This document shows positions 63,438-64,000 of a stretch of 64,000 nt of DNA, piece after piece (position 1 is the stretch's first letter; each line of letters opens with the position of its first letter). The stretch comes from Aulosira sp. ZfuCHP01 (GTDB lineage Bacteria; Cyanobacteriota; Cyanobacteriia; Cyanobacteriales; Nostocaceae). The translations under genes and the position numbers were made by a program. A model generated the notes under the pieces. The model saw only the letters and a list, made by a program, of their open reading frames with translations, did not search any database and was not told the DNA's origin. Location of the stretch: assembly GCA_034530575.1 (NCBI GenBank), contig JAVRCU010000042.1, positions 6,648-70,647 of the forward strand, given 5' to 3'.

Positions 63438-64000
63438 CTATCTGTCAACAGAACCCATAATCACATCGATGCTGCCGAGAATTACCACAATATCTGCCAC
63501 CTTCACTCCTCGTAATAAATGAGGCAGAATTTGCAGGTTGTTAAAATCTGCGGCGCGAATCTTCCAACGTGCAGGGAACACGTTATCATCGCCAACCATA
63601 TAAATTCCCAGTTCACCTTTGCCGCTTTCTACACGGGCGTAAATCTCTCCTTTGGGAATCTTAAAAGAAGGAGAAACTTTTTTACCGATGTACTGGTAAT
63701 CAAAAGCATCCCATTCTGATTTTTTTCCAGCAGCTAAACGCTTGGCTTCCAGGTTTTCATAAGGGCCGCCAGGGAGTCCTTTAATTGCTTGGCGAATAAT
63801 CTTCACAGATTCGCGCATTTCCCGCATCCGCACCAAATAACGGGCAAAGCAATCGCCAGCAGTTTCCCACTGCACATCCCAGTCGAAGTCATCGTAGCAT
63901 TCGTAGTGGTCTACTTTCCGCAAGTCCCACTTCACCCCAGAAGCGCGTAACATCGGGCCTGAAAGTCCCCAGTTAATTGCTTCGTCGCGGGTGATTGTGC
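63438..64000 (-). CDS. ndhH: NAD(P)H-quinone oxidoreductase subunit H (NDH-1 NdhH / NuoD), C-terminal part; the gene continues beyond the window end
   Basis: The in-window translation ...[59 protein letters not shown]...[15 protein letters not shown] matches the conserved C-terminus of NdhH. The reading frame stays open up to position 64000. Confidence 0.85.
   Translation of the reverse strand, partial: TITRDEAINWGLSGPMLRASGVKWDLRKVDHYECYDDFDWDVQWETAGDCFARYLVRMREMRESVKIIRQAIKGLPGGPYENLEAKRLAAGKKSEWDAFDYQYIGKKVSPSFKIPKGEIYARVESGKGELGIYMVGDDNVFPARWKIRAADFNNLQILPHLLRGVKVADIVVILGSIDVIMGSVDR

Overview
This window looks like a chromosomal segment from a filamentous heterocyst-forming cyanobacterium (Nostocales-like). 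The evidence is that the HIP1 octamer GCGATCGC recurs throughout, heptamer STRR-type tandem repeats are present, and the genes have a cyanobacterial flavour (NdhH, CofG-like FO synthase, PEP-CTERM and AMIN-domain proteins). Overall GC is low, around 40%.

Gene content is mostly housekeeping and accessory:
- cell-wall hydrolases (an Amidase_3 enzyme, a PG-binding LAS/M15 peptidase, and a VanY-like carboxypeptidase)
- peptidases and hydrolases
- an alpha-glucan phosphorylase
- a hybrid histidine kinase
- two tandem CPA2 cation/proton antiporters
- a RapA-like SNF2 ATPase
- a sulfate ABC transporter cluster (two sbp, cysT, cysW)
- thiE and thiS
- a lone tyrosine integrase
- a GT4 glycosyltransferase, an MFS (GPH) transporter, an AEC transporter, a PAS-LuxR regulator, and a partial ndhH.

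The observations most worth following up are:
1. An 874-aa bacterial homolog of the eukaryotic major vault protein (MVP) at 30692-33316. It has the N-terminal MVP repeats, a shoulder domain, a coiled-coil cap helix and a cap-ring-like tail.
2. A roughly 6.4-kb high-GC island (33386-39783) directly downstream of MVP. It carries two tandem aldo/keto reductases, a TMEM175/DUF1211 channel homolog, an SDR, a Zn-ADH, a cupin and an AraC regulator.
3. An orphan CRISPR array with 16 repeats of 37 bp (GTTTCAAACAACAATTACCCCGCAAGGGGATTGAAAC) and no cas genes in the window. Its trailer end appears split by a 188-bp MITE carrying terminal inverted repeats and target-site duplications. A second MITE copy sits between the SNF2 gene and MVP.
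4. A roughly 150-nt GC-rich, highly structured element between the two CPA2 antiporter genes, which is a candidate riboswitch or ncRNA.
5. A 62-bp tandem duplication upstream of the CRISPR leader.
6. A roughly 53-bp repeat family placed immediately after the stop codons of several genes.

No rRNA or tRNA genes were seen.
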